From the sequence record SRR31156797_4857: 64,000 bases of DNA; one strand, written 5' to 3'. A model generated the notes under the pieces. It searched no databases, was not told where the DNA came from, and saw only the letters and a program-made list of their open reading frames with translations. The position numbers and the translations under genes were made by a program. Below, piece by piece: positions 1 through 10,402 of this stretch (position 1 is its first letter; each line of letters starts with the position of its first letter).

Positions 1-103
1 CACGGAGTCTGCGCTTACCTCTGCGCACGACCAGGCAGAAAATAGAGCGTTATTCAAGTTATCCAGAGTGCTTGTACGCATCTGAAGGACTGCTGAAAGT
101 TAC
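1..103. repeat. Copy of a dispersed ~125-bp MITE-like/structured repeat (left end cut off by the window edge)
   Basis: Hand alignment to 13205-13309 gives about 80% identity with 2 single-base gaps; ends in GCTGAAAGTTAC. Confidence 0.85.
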
Positions 104-207
104 TGATCGAGGGTAAAGCGAGGCTTTTTATTCGCTGAGTGGTTACCTGATTTCTACCACATTTTTTTGATCTCTCGGAGCTAAGGCTTCGAAATTGGAG
201 AATTTTT

Positions 208-2757
208 ATGCTCGGAAAAGCACTTACCAAGGTTTTTGGCAGTAAGAATGATCGTATCATTAAACAACTTCGTAAAACCGTCAACAGTATCAACGAGTTG
301 GAAGCTTCCATTGAACCTCTGAGTGACGAAGAGATTGCCGCAAAGACAGTGGAGTTTCGGCAGCGCCTGAAAGAAGGGGAAACCCTGGATCAATTGCTTC
401 CGGAAGCCTTTGCTGTGGTACGAGAGGCTGCTAAACGTGTATTGGGAGAGCGTCACTATGACGTGCAGCTTATCGGAGGCATGGTGCTGCATAGTGGTAG
501 AATTGCAGAGATGAAGACCGGTGAAGGAAAAACACTGACCTCGACTGGGCCAGTGTATCTCAACGCCTTGACCGGAAAAGGCGTTCATGTCGTCACTGTC
601 AATGATTATTTAGCCAAGCGTGACGTGGAGTGGATGGACAAGGTGTACAGTTTTCTTGGCCTAACCACAGCATGTATTGTTCATGAAATGGACGACGCCG
701 AGCGCCGGGAGGCCTATGCCGCAGATGTGACCTATGGTACCAATAATGAGTTTGGTTTTGACTACCTGCGCGACAATATGAAGTTCGATATTGCCGATTA
801 CTGTCAACGTGGTTTTAACTACGCCATTGTCGATGAAGTTGACTCTATTCTAATTGATGAGGCACGTACGCCGCTTATTATTTCTGGTCCCGCTGAACAG
901 ACCACGGATATGTATGTAAACGTCGACAAGCTTATGCCTCACTTTAAGGATGAAGATCATTACACCAGAGAAGAGAAATCCCGCCAGATCATGCTCACTG
1001 ATGATGGGGTAGCCCTTGCAGAAGAGCTCCTTAATATTGATAATCTTTATGATCCTGGCAATATCAATCATTTGCATCATATCAACCAGGCACTTAAAGC
1101 CCATTTCGTTTTTCAGTGTGATGTCGATTATATTGTCAAGAATGGGCAGGTGGTGATTGTTGATGAATTTACCGGCCGTACCATGGAAGGCCGTCGCTAT
1201 TCTGATGGTCTTCACCAGGCCCTAGAGGCAAAAGAAAAGGTGACTATTGAAAAGGAGAACCAGACCCTGGCCTCTGTTACCTTTCAGAATTACTTCCGTA
1301 TGTATGATAAACTTGCCGGAATGACTGGTACAGCTGATACCGAGGCACCTGAGTTTAAAAAGATTTACAACTTGGATGTAGTCGTAATTCCGACCCATAT
1401 GAATATGGTGCGGAAAGACTACCCTGATCTTATTTATAAAAATCAGCGCGCTAAATATCGTAATATTGTTAATGAGATCAAGGAGCTTAATGGGAAGGGG
1501 CAGCCAATCCTGGTAGGCACTATCTCTATTGATATTTCAGAGAAAATTTCCAGGATGTTGACCAAGGAAGGTATAAAGCATGACGTACTTAATGCCAAGC
1601 AGCATGACCGGGAAGCGGAGATAATTGCCGAAGCCGGCCATGAGGGCAGGGTAACCATTGCCACCAATATGGCTGGTCGCGGTACCGATATCAAACTCGG
1701 GGAAGGAGTTCGCGAACTAGGCGGGCTCCATATCCTTGGTACCAGTCGACATGAGAGTCGCCGTATTGACAACCAGTTACGTGGTCGATCCGGTAGGCAG
1801 GGTGATCCAGGGTCATCACGGTTTTTCCTTTCCCTTGAAGATGATTTACTGCGTATTTTTGGCTCCGGCCGTCTCGGCGGAATCATGGATAAACTTGGCA
1901 TGGAAGATGACGAACCCATCGAGCATTCCATGGTATCCAAAGCCATTGAAAATGCCCAGCGCAAGGTGGAAGGGCACAACTTTGATATTCGTAAGCATCT
2001 GCTTGAGTATGACGATGTTATGAACAAGCAGCGTGAGATCATTTACAAACAGCGTCGAGAGGTTCTTGAGAGTGATAATGTACAGCCCATAGTCGAGGAT
2101 ATGGTAGCAGAGCTTATCGATGAATTGTGCGGACAAATTGCAGTTGAGCGAACACCTTCAGAAGACTGGAATTGGGACGAGTTTAACGAACGGGTGGGGC
2201 AACTCTTTAATAAAAAGGTAGAATGGGCACCAGAAGAACTTGTTGACCTGAACCTGGAACTGCTTGTTGAAAAAGTAAACGATGCCGTCAAGGAATGGTA
2301 TAGCGGGCAGGAGAAACAAAATGGTGTTGAGCAAATGCGTCAGCTTGAGCGGATGGTGCTCCTCCAGATGGTGGATACTTTGTGGAAAGAACACCTCCTG
2401 CAAATGGATCATTTGAAAGAAGGTATTGGCCTTCGCGGATACGGCCAGAAGAATCCGCTCAACGAGTATAAGCGTGAAGGCTTTAATCTGTTTATGAGTA
2501 TGATTGAAGCTGTTAAACTGCAGACCGTATCAACTTTGATGCGGGTGCAGATTGTCCAAGATGATGAGCTTGAGCGGTTGGAAGAGGAAAGGCGTCTGCA
2601 GCGGGCAAAAGAGCTGGAAGAGGCAAAAAAGGCTGCGCGGCTACAGGCAGATGATCGTCAGCCCCAGCAGCGCAAGGAGGAGAAAGTAGGCCGCAATGCT
2701 CCGTGCCCCTGTGGGTCTGGCAAGAAATATAAAAAATGTTGTGGTGCGGCTGGCTGA
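208..2757 (+). CDS. secA: Preprotein translocase ATPase SecA
   Basis: MKTGEGKT Walker [39 protein letters not shown]-terminal SEC-C zinc motif [13 protein letters not shown]. Confidence 0.99.
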   Translation: MLGKALTKVFGSKNDRIIKQLRKTVNSINELEASIEPLSDEEIAAKTVEFRQRLKEGETLDQLLPEAFAVVREAAKRVLGERHYDVQLIGGMVLHSGRIAEMKTGEGKTLTSTGPVYLNALTGKGVHVVTVNDYLAKRDVEWMDKVYSFLGLTTACIVHEMDDAERREAYAADVTYGTNNEFGFDYLRDNMKFDIADYCQRGFNYAIVDEVDSILIDEARTPLIISGPAEQTTDMYVNVDKLMPHFKDEDHYTREEKSRQIMLTDDGVALAEELLNIDNLYDPGNINHLHHINQALKAHFVFQCDVDYIVKNGQVVIVDEFTGRTMEGRRYSDGLHQALEAKEKVTIEKENQTLASVTFQNYFRMYDKLAGMTGTADTEAPEFKKIYNLDVVVIPTHMNMVRKDYPDLIYKNQRAKYRNIVNEIKELNGKGQPILVGTISIDISEKISRMLTKEGIKHDVLNAKQHDREAEIIAEAGHEGRVTIATNMAGRGTDIKLGEGVRELGGLHILGTSRHESRRIDNQLRGRSGRQGDPGSSRFFLSLEDDLLRIFGSGRLGGIMDKLGMEDDEPIEHSMVSKAIENAQRKVEGHNFDIRKHLLEYDDVMNKQREIIYKQRREVLESDNVQPIVEDMVAELIDELCGQIAVERTPSEDWNWDEFNERVGQLFNKKVEWAPEELVDLNLELLVEKVNDAVKEWYSGQEKQNGVEQMRQLERMVLLQMVDTLWKEHLLQMDHLKEGIGLRGYGQKNPLNEYKREGFNLFMSMIEAVKLQTVSTLMRVQIVQDDELERLEEERRLQRAKELEEAKKAARLQADDRQPQQRKEEKVGRNAPCPCGSGKKYKKCCGAAG

Positions 2758-2821
2758 TTAATAAGCCCTCTCTAGCGCGAAAGGTTCAGCGTAAACACTG
2801 TCTTTGCTTTAAAGAGATTGT

Positions 2822-2860
2822 CAGGGCACAGAGGATTTTCCTCTGTGCCCTGTTTGTTTT
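2822..2860 (+). terminator. Intrinsic terminator after secA
   Basis: 14-bp perfect stem CAGGGCACAGAGGA/TCCTCTGTGCCCTG followed by TTTGTTTT. Confidence 0.85.
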
Positions 2861-2939
2861 ACAGGAGAGTTGTAAAATTTCCCCGTTCAGCCAGCAATTG
2901 TTACTTAATCAGCTAACGTTGAAAAGTGATTCCTGAGTG

Positions 2940-3845
2940 TTACCCCCTGAGGTCACTGGGGTTGAAAAGATTTTTTTCCATATGTTTAATTTCATCAATC
3001 CCGGAAATAACAATTTCTGGGTCGGGTTTAAGTTCCTCTAAATCAATTTTCTTTTCATATTCAAGATTATAGAGCAGATGCTTCATGCAGTTGAGGCGTG
3101 CTTTCTTTTTCACATCGGACTTGATGATCGTCCACGGAGCATGGGTCCGGTTTGACTCGTTGAGCATCTGAAATTTTTTCACGCTATATTCATCCCAGAG
3201 CTTTTGGGCAAGGTTGTCAACCGGGGACAGCTTATATTGCTTAAGAATATCTGTTTTTCTCGCTTCAAATCTTTTTTTCTGCTCGTTTTTTGAAACGGAG
3301 AAGTAGAATTTAAACAACTTGATCCCATCTTTGACCAGGAGTTCTTCAAATAAGGAGACATCCTTTAAAAAACGTTTGTGCTGCTCATCGGTACAAAAAC
3401 CCATAACCGGTTCAACCATGGCCCTGTTGTACCAGGAACGGTCAAACAGGATCAACTCTCCCCCTGATGGCAAGTTCGATGCATACCGTTGAAAGTACCA
3501 CTGACTAATTTCTCTGTCATTGGGAGCAGCAAGGGCTATTACCCTTGCGTTACGGGGGTTAAGAAAGGCTGTTATGCGTTTAATGGTGCCGCCTTTACCG
3601 GCGGCATCGCGACCTTCAAAGATAGCTAATACCCGCATGTTGGTCTTTTTTATCTCCAACTGCAGCTTCATTAACTCGATTTGAAGCTTTTTGAGCTCAG
3701 ACTCATATTCTAGATGGGCCTTTTTGATCCATATTGAGCAGCGTTTGTCATCCTGTTTAGAATTTTTGTTTTTCAGAGCTGTCCCTTCCAGGAGTGTGGT
3801 GTCGATCGGGCAGGATGGATTTTTTCCCTTTTTTTTCTCTCCCAT
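2940..3845 (-). CDS. ppk2: Polyphosphate kinase 2 (single-domain)
   Basis: FEGRDAAGKGG Walker A, WYFQRY, FDRSWYNR, APWTII motifs. Confidence 0.96.
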   Translation of the reverse strand: MGEKKKGKNPSCPIDTTLLEGTALKNKNSKQDDKRCSIWIKKAHLEYESELKKLQIELMKLQLEIKKTNMRVLAIFEGRDAAGKGGTIKRITAFLNPRNARVIALAAPNDREISQWYFQRYASNLPSGGELILFDRSWYNRAMVEPVMGFCTDEQHKRFLKDVSLFEELLVKDGIKLFKFYFSVSKNEQKKRFEARKTDILKQYKLSPVDNLAQKLWDEYSVKKFQMLNESNRTHAPWTIIKSDVKKKARLNCMKHLLYNLEYEKKIDLEELKPDPEIVISGIDEIKHMEKNLFNPSDLRG

Positions 3846-4083
3846 GTCGTTCTCCTTTTACTGGCTCGATGTAAGAGACTGTTGCCTGTAATAGTTATTC
3901 ACTGAGCTGTTCACCTGAACAGATTTATTTGCAGGCAGGTCTCAAAGAAAATATTAAAATAAATGATGAAAGATGATGGATATCAAGTGTATGGTATTAA
4001 ACAAATTATATTGAATTAACAATATTTAAACAAGGGTAGCTTACTGGAGATAGTAATTTTTCTCAAATAAAAACTGATAAACT

Positions 4084-4509
4084 ATGGGTGACAGGATGAG
4101 CCAGTGGCAGCAGGAGATTGCGACATTTCTTGAAGAGTGGGTCGGAACAGAAGAGCAGAATAAGGAAGGTTTTGAAAGATTGTACAAGCTGTTGCTGGAC
4201 AAGGAAAAGGGCAGTGTTGAGTTTCATCCACGCCCGGGGGTGACCTATTCCCTTCGTGGTATGTCGTCAGGGAAAGAGGCGCCATCGTTGTATGTCATGG
4301 TCGACGTGATTGAGGACGAACCGCGGTGGCTGTCTGTCTGTTTTTATGGAGACATGATCACAGACCCTGAGGAAAAAGGAGCCTTTGTGCCAGGTGGTTT
4401 GCTTGGGGAAGATGCAATTTGTTTTGACCTTGAGCGCTATGATCAACAAGAATTTGCCTATGTGGAAGCACGGATTGAAGAAGCTTATGCTTCAGCAATA
4501 GGCTTGTAA
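4084..4509 (+). CDS. Hypothetical protein (141 aa)
   Basis: Fills the intergenic space; globular-looking sequence (RPGVTYSLR, WLSVCFYGDMITDPEEKG); no family recognised. Confidence 0.8.
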   Translation: MGDRMSQWQQEIATFLEEWVGTEEQNKEGFERLYKLLLDKEKGSVEFHPRPGVTYSLRGMSSGKEAPSLYVMVDVIEDEPRWLSVCFYGDMITDPEEKGAFVPGGLLGEDAICFDLERYDQQEFAYVEARIEEAYASAIGL

Positions 4510-4533
4510 GTAAATGAGAAGGCGGAACTCAAA

Positions 4534-5250
4534 TCAGTTGAGTTTCTGTCCTGTCCGAAACATTTCATTGTATATGGGAGGGAGCTGAAGCGTATTGATA
4601 CGCATCACAACAGCTTCCACATCATAAGTGCAGCGGAAATGGGTAACTCGTACTGAACGGTCTTTTAGCTGCAGGACTGCATAAGAAGACTGCGGGTTAC
4701 CGTCAAACATCCTGCCGGCAGAGCCAGGATTAATAAAATGCACTCCTTTAATATATTTGTGATAGGGGGAGTGGGAGTGACCAGTAACAACGATGGAACA
4801 TGAGGTGTTGGTCGCAAGCTCTTCAAATCGTTTGTCCGGGGTAGTGTTGAAAAGAAACTCTTCATGGGCGGCAGGGCTGCCGTGGAAAAGGCATAATGTA
4901 TGGGTTCCGTGTTGCCAAGCATATTTTTTTTTAAGACCACAAAGATACTGTCGGTTGCTTTTGCTCAAAACCTCAAGCGTGCTGGTATACATTATCCGCT
5001 TTTCTGGTTTGCGTGGTTTCTTAAAGGTTTTGCCCTTTAGTAGTTTTATAACCTTGTCATCTGTGTTGCCTCGAATGGATTGGACCTGGTACTTGCGAAG
5101 CCAACTGAGCACTTCGTTTGGAAAAGGGCAATAAACCGTTGAATCACCGCTGTTGCAGATGAGGTCGAATTGACCCAGGGGGTGTTTTTTGGCGATAGCC
5201 TTAAGAGCTGGGAAATTGCCGTGGATATCACTGAGCAAAAGAATCTTCAT
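4534..5250 (-). CDS. Calcineurin-like metallophosphoesterase (YfcE/MJ0936-type)
   Basis: SDIHGN, GD, RGNTD, FHGSP, GHSH and NPGSAG motifs. Confidence 0.93.
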   Translation of the reverse strand: MKILLLSDIHGNFPALKAIAKKHPLGQFDLICNSGDSTVYCPFPNEVLSWLRKYQVQSIRGNTDDKVIKLLKGKTFKKPRKPEKRIMYTSTLEVLSKSNRQYLCGLKKKYAWQHGTHTLCLFHGSPAAHEEFLFNTTPDKRFEELATNTSCSIVVTGHSHSPYHKYIKGVHFINPGSAGRMFDGNPQSSYAVLQLKDRSVRVTHFRCTYDVEAVVMRINTLQLPPIYNEMFRTGQKLN

Positions 5251-5277
5251 GGTTTTTCTCGCTTACTACCAAGTTGG

Positions 5278-6738
5278 TCAGAGTAGAGGGCCGACAAGAA
5301 GTGCTACATTTTCCTTGAACCTTTCCCGGAAAGGACGCTGGGTGAAGATTTCGCAGTCTATTTCTCTCGCATTTTGTAAATAGCTCTGCTGTAGTTCACG
5401 CACCCGGGCAGTGAATTCCTTGTTGTAAATAAAAAGGGTCATCTCAAAGTTGAGCCAGAAGCTGCGCATATCAAGATTTACAGAGCCAAACAAACAGAAG
5501 TCGCCGTCAATGGTTATGGTTTTGGTGTGGAGGAGGCCATCGGAAAAACCCATTATTTTCACTCCAGCTCTGGTAAGTATCTCATATCGCGCCCTGCTGG
5601 CATAATGTACCAGCCGGGAGTCATTTTTTTCAGGGACAATGATAGTAACATCCACCCCTCTCTGTGCTGCTGATTTCAGGGCTGCCAGGATGGCGTTATC
5701 CGGAACAAAATAGGGGGTTGTAAGGATCAGTTCTTTTCGGGCCGCATAAAGGGTGGTGAGCAAAAGATCATGAATCGCACCCTCTTCCAGGTTTGGTCCT
5801 GAGGGCACAAGTTGTACCAGAGCGTCTCCTGATGGCTCCACTGGTCCAATGTCTGAGGTGGGGTACAGTTCTTCAAGGGGTGCATGGTTCTCCATCATCC
5901 AGTCATATGTAAAGGCGGCAGTCATTACTTCGACCACCGGCCCTTTGATACGGACCATAGCATCTACCCATTTGCCAACCCCTTGATTTTGCTTGAAAAA
6001 TCTTGGGTCAACCAGGTTCTGGCTGCCGGTGTAAGCTATGGTGCCGTCAATAATAGCTACCTTGCGGTGATTACGCAGGTCAATGCGGACAAACAGTGCT
6101 CGGATTATTCCAGCAGGTAGTGCTTCTGTTATCTCTATTCCCACTGAACGCATTTTTTTAGCCAGCGCACTTTTTAAAAAGGTTTTGCTGCCGATAGAAT
6201 CAACCAGGATACGGCAGGTAACTCCTCGTTTCTTTGCATCAATGAGTGCTTCGCAAATATCATCAGCCAAACCTCCTTCATTCCATATGTAAAATTCAAG
6301 GAAGCAGGTGGATCTCGCCTGGCGAATGTCCATAATGAGTTTGCGAAGAAAAACAGTGGGGTTGGTTATGAGTTCAAGGCAATTGTCCGGCATCGTCGGG
6401 GTGTGGACGATTGTGTTAATTTGGCGGTCAATTGGGCGACATTCTGGGTTGATTTGTTCCCAGTTGACAGAAACGCGTTTATAGAGTTCCTGGAGCCACT
6501 GGCTGATAAGCGGTTGCTCTGCTGCCCTCTTGGCGGCCCTTCGCTCCCCGAGCCTTACTTCGCCAAACATGAGATACATGATGGCACCGAGAAAGGGCAG
6601 CAGCAGAATGATGATCAACCATGCAAGTGACACACTGGCAGCCCTTTTGCGCATAATGACCCGCAGGGACAATCCAATGCGAATGGCAAGGTCGGCAATG
6701 AAAATGGATGTGGTGAGCATCCAGTAAATTTTATCCAT
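5278..6738 (-). CDS. cls: Cardiolipin synthase (ClsA-type)
   Basis: Two N-terminal TM helices and two HKD motifs (NHRKVAIID, LHTKTITID), GSVNLDMRSFWLNFE. Confidence 0.96.
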   Translation of the reverse strand: MDKIYWMLTTSIFIADLAIRIGLSLRVIMRKRAASVSLAWLIIILLLPFLGAIMYLMFGEVRLGERRAAKRAAEQPLISQWLQELYKRVSVNWEQINPECRPIDRQINTIVHTPTMPDNCLELITNPTVFLRKLIMDIRQARSTCFLEFYIWNEGGLADDICEALIDAKKRGVTCRILVDSIGSKTFLKSALAKKMRSVGIEITEALPAGIIRALFVRIDLRNHRKVAIIDGTIAYTGSQNLVDPRFFKQNQGVGKWVDAMVRIKGPVVEVMTAAFTYDWMMENHAPLEELYPTSDIGPVEPSGDALVQLVPSGPNLEEGAIHDLLLTTLYAARKELILTTPYFVPDNAILAALKSAAQRGVDVTIIVPEKNDSRLVHYASRARYEILTRAGVKIMGFSDGLLHTKTITIDGDFCLFGSVNLDMRSFWLNFEMTLFIYNKEFTARVRELQQSYLQNAREIDCEIFTQRPFRERFKENVALLVGPLL

Positions 6739-6912
6739 ACTTGTTTACTGTGCCTGCTGTAAGTAACGGCACGTGTTGAAGTGAAGTGGAGATTTGTCAA
6801 TGGATGAGCAAAAATGACTGATATAAACTATGTTCATCCTTTTTTTTTATAAGGTATCTGTTAGATTACAACAATTCTCATTCTATTAAACTAAATATTA
6901 TACAGGGCTTGT

Positions 6913-8097
6913 ATGCAGGTTAAAGGATTTAGTGTTGCTGCCGTAAAGGCTGGGGTTCGATATGAAGATCGTCTGGATTTGGGGCTTATTTATTCTCAGG
7001 TTCCGGCTGTTACCGCCGGTGTTTTTACTACCAATTCCGTGAAAGCAGCTCCTGTGTTGATCGATATGGATCGTTTACGGCAAGGTAAAGTACAGGCTGT
7101 GCTCGTGAACAGCGGCAATGCAAATGCATGCACAGGTAATGTTGGCATGGAAACCGCACTCGCCACCAGCAATTTGGTAGCGGAGCACCTTGATATCAAA
7201 GAAGAACTGATACAGCTTGCGTCTACAGGCGTCATTGGGGAACCGATGCCCTATGAGCCTTTTGAGAGCAGTATGAAGGGATTGGTCGAAAAACTCTCTC
7301 CTGATGGGTTTGATGATCTGGCCCAGGCAATGATGACAACCGACACCTACCCAAAGACAGCTTTTACCACTGTCGAACTTGACGGAAAAACTGTTTCTCT
7401 TTTTGGTGTTGCCAAAGGCTCGGGCATGATCATGCCTGACATGGCAACCATGCTTTGTTTTGTGGTTACCGATGCCCAGATAGTGTTTCCGGTATTGAAC
7501 ACCATGGTCCGGGATGGGGTGGATAAAAGTTTCAATCGGATTACGGTTGACGGAGATACTTCAACAAACGATATGGTGTTGGTTATGGCCAACGGAGCGG
7601 CCGGAAATTCATGGGTTGATGAAGAAAGTCCAGAGACTGCGGAGCTTTTTGAAAAAGCATTGCATGGCTTACTCCATGATCTTGCCTTACAGATCGTTAA
7701 AGATGGTGAAGGTGCGACAAAGGCTGTGACCATTCGAATTGAAGGCGCACGAGAGCAGGAGGAAGCCATGAGTGCAGCCCAGACCATTGCCAACTCAGCT
7801 TTAGTTAAAACTGCTTTCTTTGGGGAAGACGCAAACTGGGGTAGGATTATTGCTGCCTTGGGGCGTTCAGACAGCGTTTTTGATCAAAATAAGGTTTCCA
7901 TCGCCTTTGACGAGGTGGTACTCGTTGAAAATGGAGTTGCCCTGGGGCCGGAAGTTGAAAAAGCAGCGAGTGAAGTGTTAAAGAATAAAGAGTTTACCGT
8001 CACTGTCGACCTCCATGAAGGTATGGCGTCAACAGAGGTGTATACTTGTGATTTTTCATATGATTATGTGAAGATAAATGCCGATTACCGAAGCTAG
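6913..8097 (+). CDS. argJ: Ornithine acetyltransferase/N-acetylglutamate synthase
   Basis: NSGNANACTG, MMTTDT, KGSGMIMPDMATML, DGDTSTND, DANWGR, YVKINADYRS. Confidence 0.98.
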   Translation: MQVKGFSVAAVKAGVRYEDRLDLGLIYSQVPAVTAGVFTTNSVKAAPVLIDMDRLRQGKVQAVLVNSGNANACTGNVGMETALATSNLVAEHLDIKEELIQLASTGVIGEPMPYEPFESSMKGLVEKLSPDGFDDLAQAMMTTDTYPKTAFTTVELDGKTVSLFGVAKGSGMIMPDMATMLCFVVTDAQIVFPVLNTMVRDGVDKSFNRITVDGDTSTNDMVLVMANGAAGNSWVDEESPETAELFEKALHGLLHDLALQIVKDGEGATKAVTIRIEGAREQEEAMSAAQTIANSALVKTAFFGEDANWGRIIAALGRSDSVFDQNKVSIAFDEVVLVENGVALGPEVEKAASEVLKNKEFTVTVDLHEGMASTEVYTCDFSYDYVKINADYRS

Positions 8098-8109
8098 GAG
8101 TACTGCGCC

Positions 8110-9657
8110 ATGGAGCAGCGTCTAATTGATAACTGGTACCTTCCGAAGACAGTTGAGCCAGCATCTTTATTCAAACGTTTGACCCGTAAATTTGGTCTGG
8201 TTCACGATCCGGAAGTTTGCCGCCATATTACCTACTGCGATTCATTTGACTGGCGGCTTTTTACAAACGGCTACCTGTTAACCTGTATGGGAACTGTATG
8301 GAGCTTACACGATCTCCATACAGGCGAAGTTATCATTCAGGAGACTGGGCCCAAAGTTAATAAGGGGTGTTTTGCCAAGGCGTTTCAATCCGGAGCGCTG
8401 CGGCAATTGCTGACAGACCTATTGGAAATGCGCAGTGTCTCACCGGTGGCCGCTGGTGAGGTTACGGTACAGGAGTGCCGTCTTGTTAATAAAGATGAGA
8501 AAACCGTGGTGCGTCTTTTTTTAGAAAAGCACCAGATGGCAGATGTTATTGACCTTCAATGGGCGGTAAGGCTGGAACCTGTCCGAGGGTATTTGCGTGA
8601 ACTTGCTACGGTACGTGGCGTATTAAAGAAGTACGATCCTGTGAGCAGACCGCTTGCCTGTATTGATCTTGAGCAGGGTTGCGCCAGCCAAGGACGAACG
8701 CCTGGTGATTATTCTTCAAAATTTACCCTGCATCTCGATCCTGATCAAACCGCACGTTCCGCTGTTGGTGTTATCTATAAGCAGCTGCTTGAAGCAATGT
8801 ATGTCAATATCCCTGGGATTCTGGCAGACTTGGATTCAGAGTTTCTTCATGATTTTCGGGTAGCTGTCAGAAGAACCCGGTCAGGACTTGCTCTGATTAA
8901 GGATGTCCTCCAACCTGGGATAGTAGAGAAGTATAAAGAGGATTTCGCGTATCTTGGGCAGGTTACGGGCCCCACCCGCGATCTTGATGTTTACCTGCTT
9001 TATGAAGATGAATATAAAGCCCGTTTGCCTGAAACACTTCAAGGCGGCGTGCACAGTTTTTTTGAGAATCTTGCGGCATTACGAATCCGTGAACAGCGGA
9101 AACTGGTCAGGGAATTGAAGGGTGACCGGGTTAAGGAAATCCTTAGCTCATGGGGAACTTCTCTTGACGAGGGCGATGAGCCGCCAGCAAAATTTGCTGA
9201 CGTACCGGTTATTGATATTGCCAAAAAAATTATTTACCGTCGCTATAAAAGAGTTCTCAAGGATGGTCTGGCAATAAATGAGCAAACACCTGACCAGGAA
9301 GTCCATCGTCTTCGCATCCAGGGAAAGAAGTTGCGATATGCAATTGAATTTTTCAGTTCTCTTTTTTCGGAACAAGATGTTGCGACAGCCATAAAGCGTC
9401 TTAAGAAATTACAGAATTATCTTGGTGACTTCAACGATCTTTCCGTGCAGCAGGATGTATTGCGGAATCATTTGCAGGGGGTTCGACCAGGTTCGCGGAA
9501 GAACCTCGAGCTTGGAGCAGCTTTAGGGGCTTTGATGAGTAATCTGCACCGGGAACAGGTGATCGCACGAGGAGACTTTGCGTCTATTTTCGGTAAGTTT
9601 AGCAGTGCTCGCAATATTGCGCTTTTTGAAAAGCTTTTTACCTGTAAAAAGGAGTAA
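8110..9657 (+). CDS. CHAD-domain (polyphosphate-binding) protein with a CYTH-like N-terminal region
   Basis: LHDFRVAVRRTRS, TRDLDV, VHRLRIQGKKLRYAIEFF, LQNYLGDFNDLSV; N-terminal YCDSFDWRL. Confidence 0.92.
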   Translation: MEQRLIDNWYLPKTVEPASLFKRLTRKFGLVHDPEVCRHITYCDSFDWRLFTNGYLLTCMGTVWSLHDLHTGEVIIQETGPKVNKGCFAKAFQSGALRQLLTDLLEMRSVSPVAAGEVTVQECRLVNKDEKTVVRLFLEKHQMADVIDLQWAVRLEPVRGYLRELATVRGVLKKYDPVSRPLACIDLEQGCASQGRTPGDYSSKFTLHLDPDQTARSAVGVIYKQLLEAMYVNIPGILADLDSEFLHDFRVAVRRTRSGLALIKDVLQPGIVEKYKEDFAYLGQVTGPTRDLDVYLLYEDEYKARLPETLQGGVHSFFENLAALRIREQRKLVRELKGDRVKEILSSWGTSLDEGDEPPAKFADVPVIDIAKKIIYRRYKRVLKDGLAINEQTPDQEVHRLRIQGKKLRYAIEFFSSLFSEQDVATAIKRLKKLQNYLGDFNDLSVQQDVLRNHLQGVRPGSRKNLELGAALGALMSNLHREQVIARGDFASIFGKFSSARNIALFEKLFTCKKE

Positions 9658-9659
9658 AT

Positions 9660-10400
9660 ATGAGCATTCTAGCGGTCTACAATATTAAGGGTGGTGTAGG
9701 GAAAACAGCAACATCTGTCAACCTTGCCCATCTTTCGGCCTGTCAAGGAGCAAAAACATTGCTCTGCGACCTGGACCCTCAGGGGTCAGCATCCTATTAT
9801 TTTCGGATTCGTTCCCCAAAGAAATATAATACTAAAAAATTGCTAAAGGGCGGTCAGCATATTGAGAAAAACATCCGTGGTACAGATTACCTCGGACTTG
9901 ATTTGCTTCCGGCTGATTTCTCCTATCGAAATATTGACATTGCGCTCGATGAGCTCAAAAAATCAACAATCAGGTTAGACAGCGTACTCCGGCCCCTGCT
10001 CGGTGAATATGACCGGATAATTCTTGACTGTCCACCGAACCTGACTCTGCTCTCTGAGAATATTTTTTATGCAGCAGACAAGATATTGGTACCAATTATC
10101 CCCACAACCTTGTCTCTGATGTCACTGAAGCAGCTCTTCAAATTTATGGAAAAAATAGGACAAAAGAGGAGCAAGGCACTGGTAATGTTCTCGATGGTTG
10201 AAAAACGGAAAAAGATGCACCTGGAACTCATGGATGCCATGCAGAAGAGAAAGGGTGTTCTCCAGGAGCCTATCCCTTTTTTGGCTGATGTCGAACGTAT
10301 GGGATTGTATCGTCAACCAGTAACCGCAGCCTTACCTAGGTCCAGGGCTTCTCAGGCGTATAATGCCCTGTGGCAGGAAGTCTGCCGACATTTGGGCTAG
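9660..10400 (+). CDS. Orphan ParA/Soj-family ATPase
   Basis: Deviant Walker A KGGVGKT, DLDPQGSA, ILDCPP; no parB in the window. Confidence 0.93.
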   Translation: MSILAVYNIKGGVGKTATSVNLAHLSACQGAKTLLCDLDPQGSASYYFRIRSPKKYNTKKLLKGGQHIEKNIRGTDYLGLDLLPADFSYRNIDIALDELKKSTIRLDSVLRPLLGEYDRIILDCPPNLTLLSENIFYAADKILVPIIPTTLSLMSLKQLFKFMEKIGQKRSKALVMFSMVEKRKKMHLELMDAMQKRKGVLQEPIPFLADVERMGLYRQPVTAALPRSRASQAYNALWQEVCRHLG

Positions 10401-10402
10401 TT

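Noticed and set aside
6739-6912. ARG-box-like AT-rich palindromes upstream of argJ
   Set aside because: No convincing match to tandem TGAATAA-type boxes.
9660-10400. ParA as evidence of a plasmid, prophage or chromosome-partition locus
   Set aside because: No parB, rep, integrase or origin-region genes; it is embedded in a housekeeping operon.
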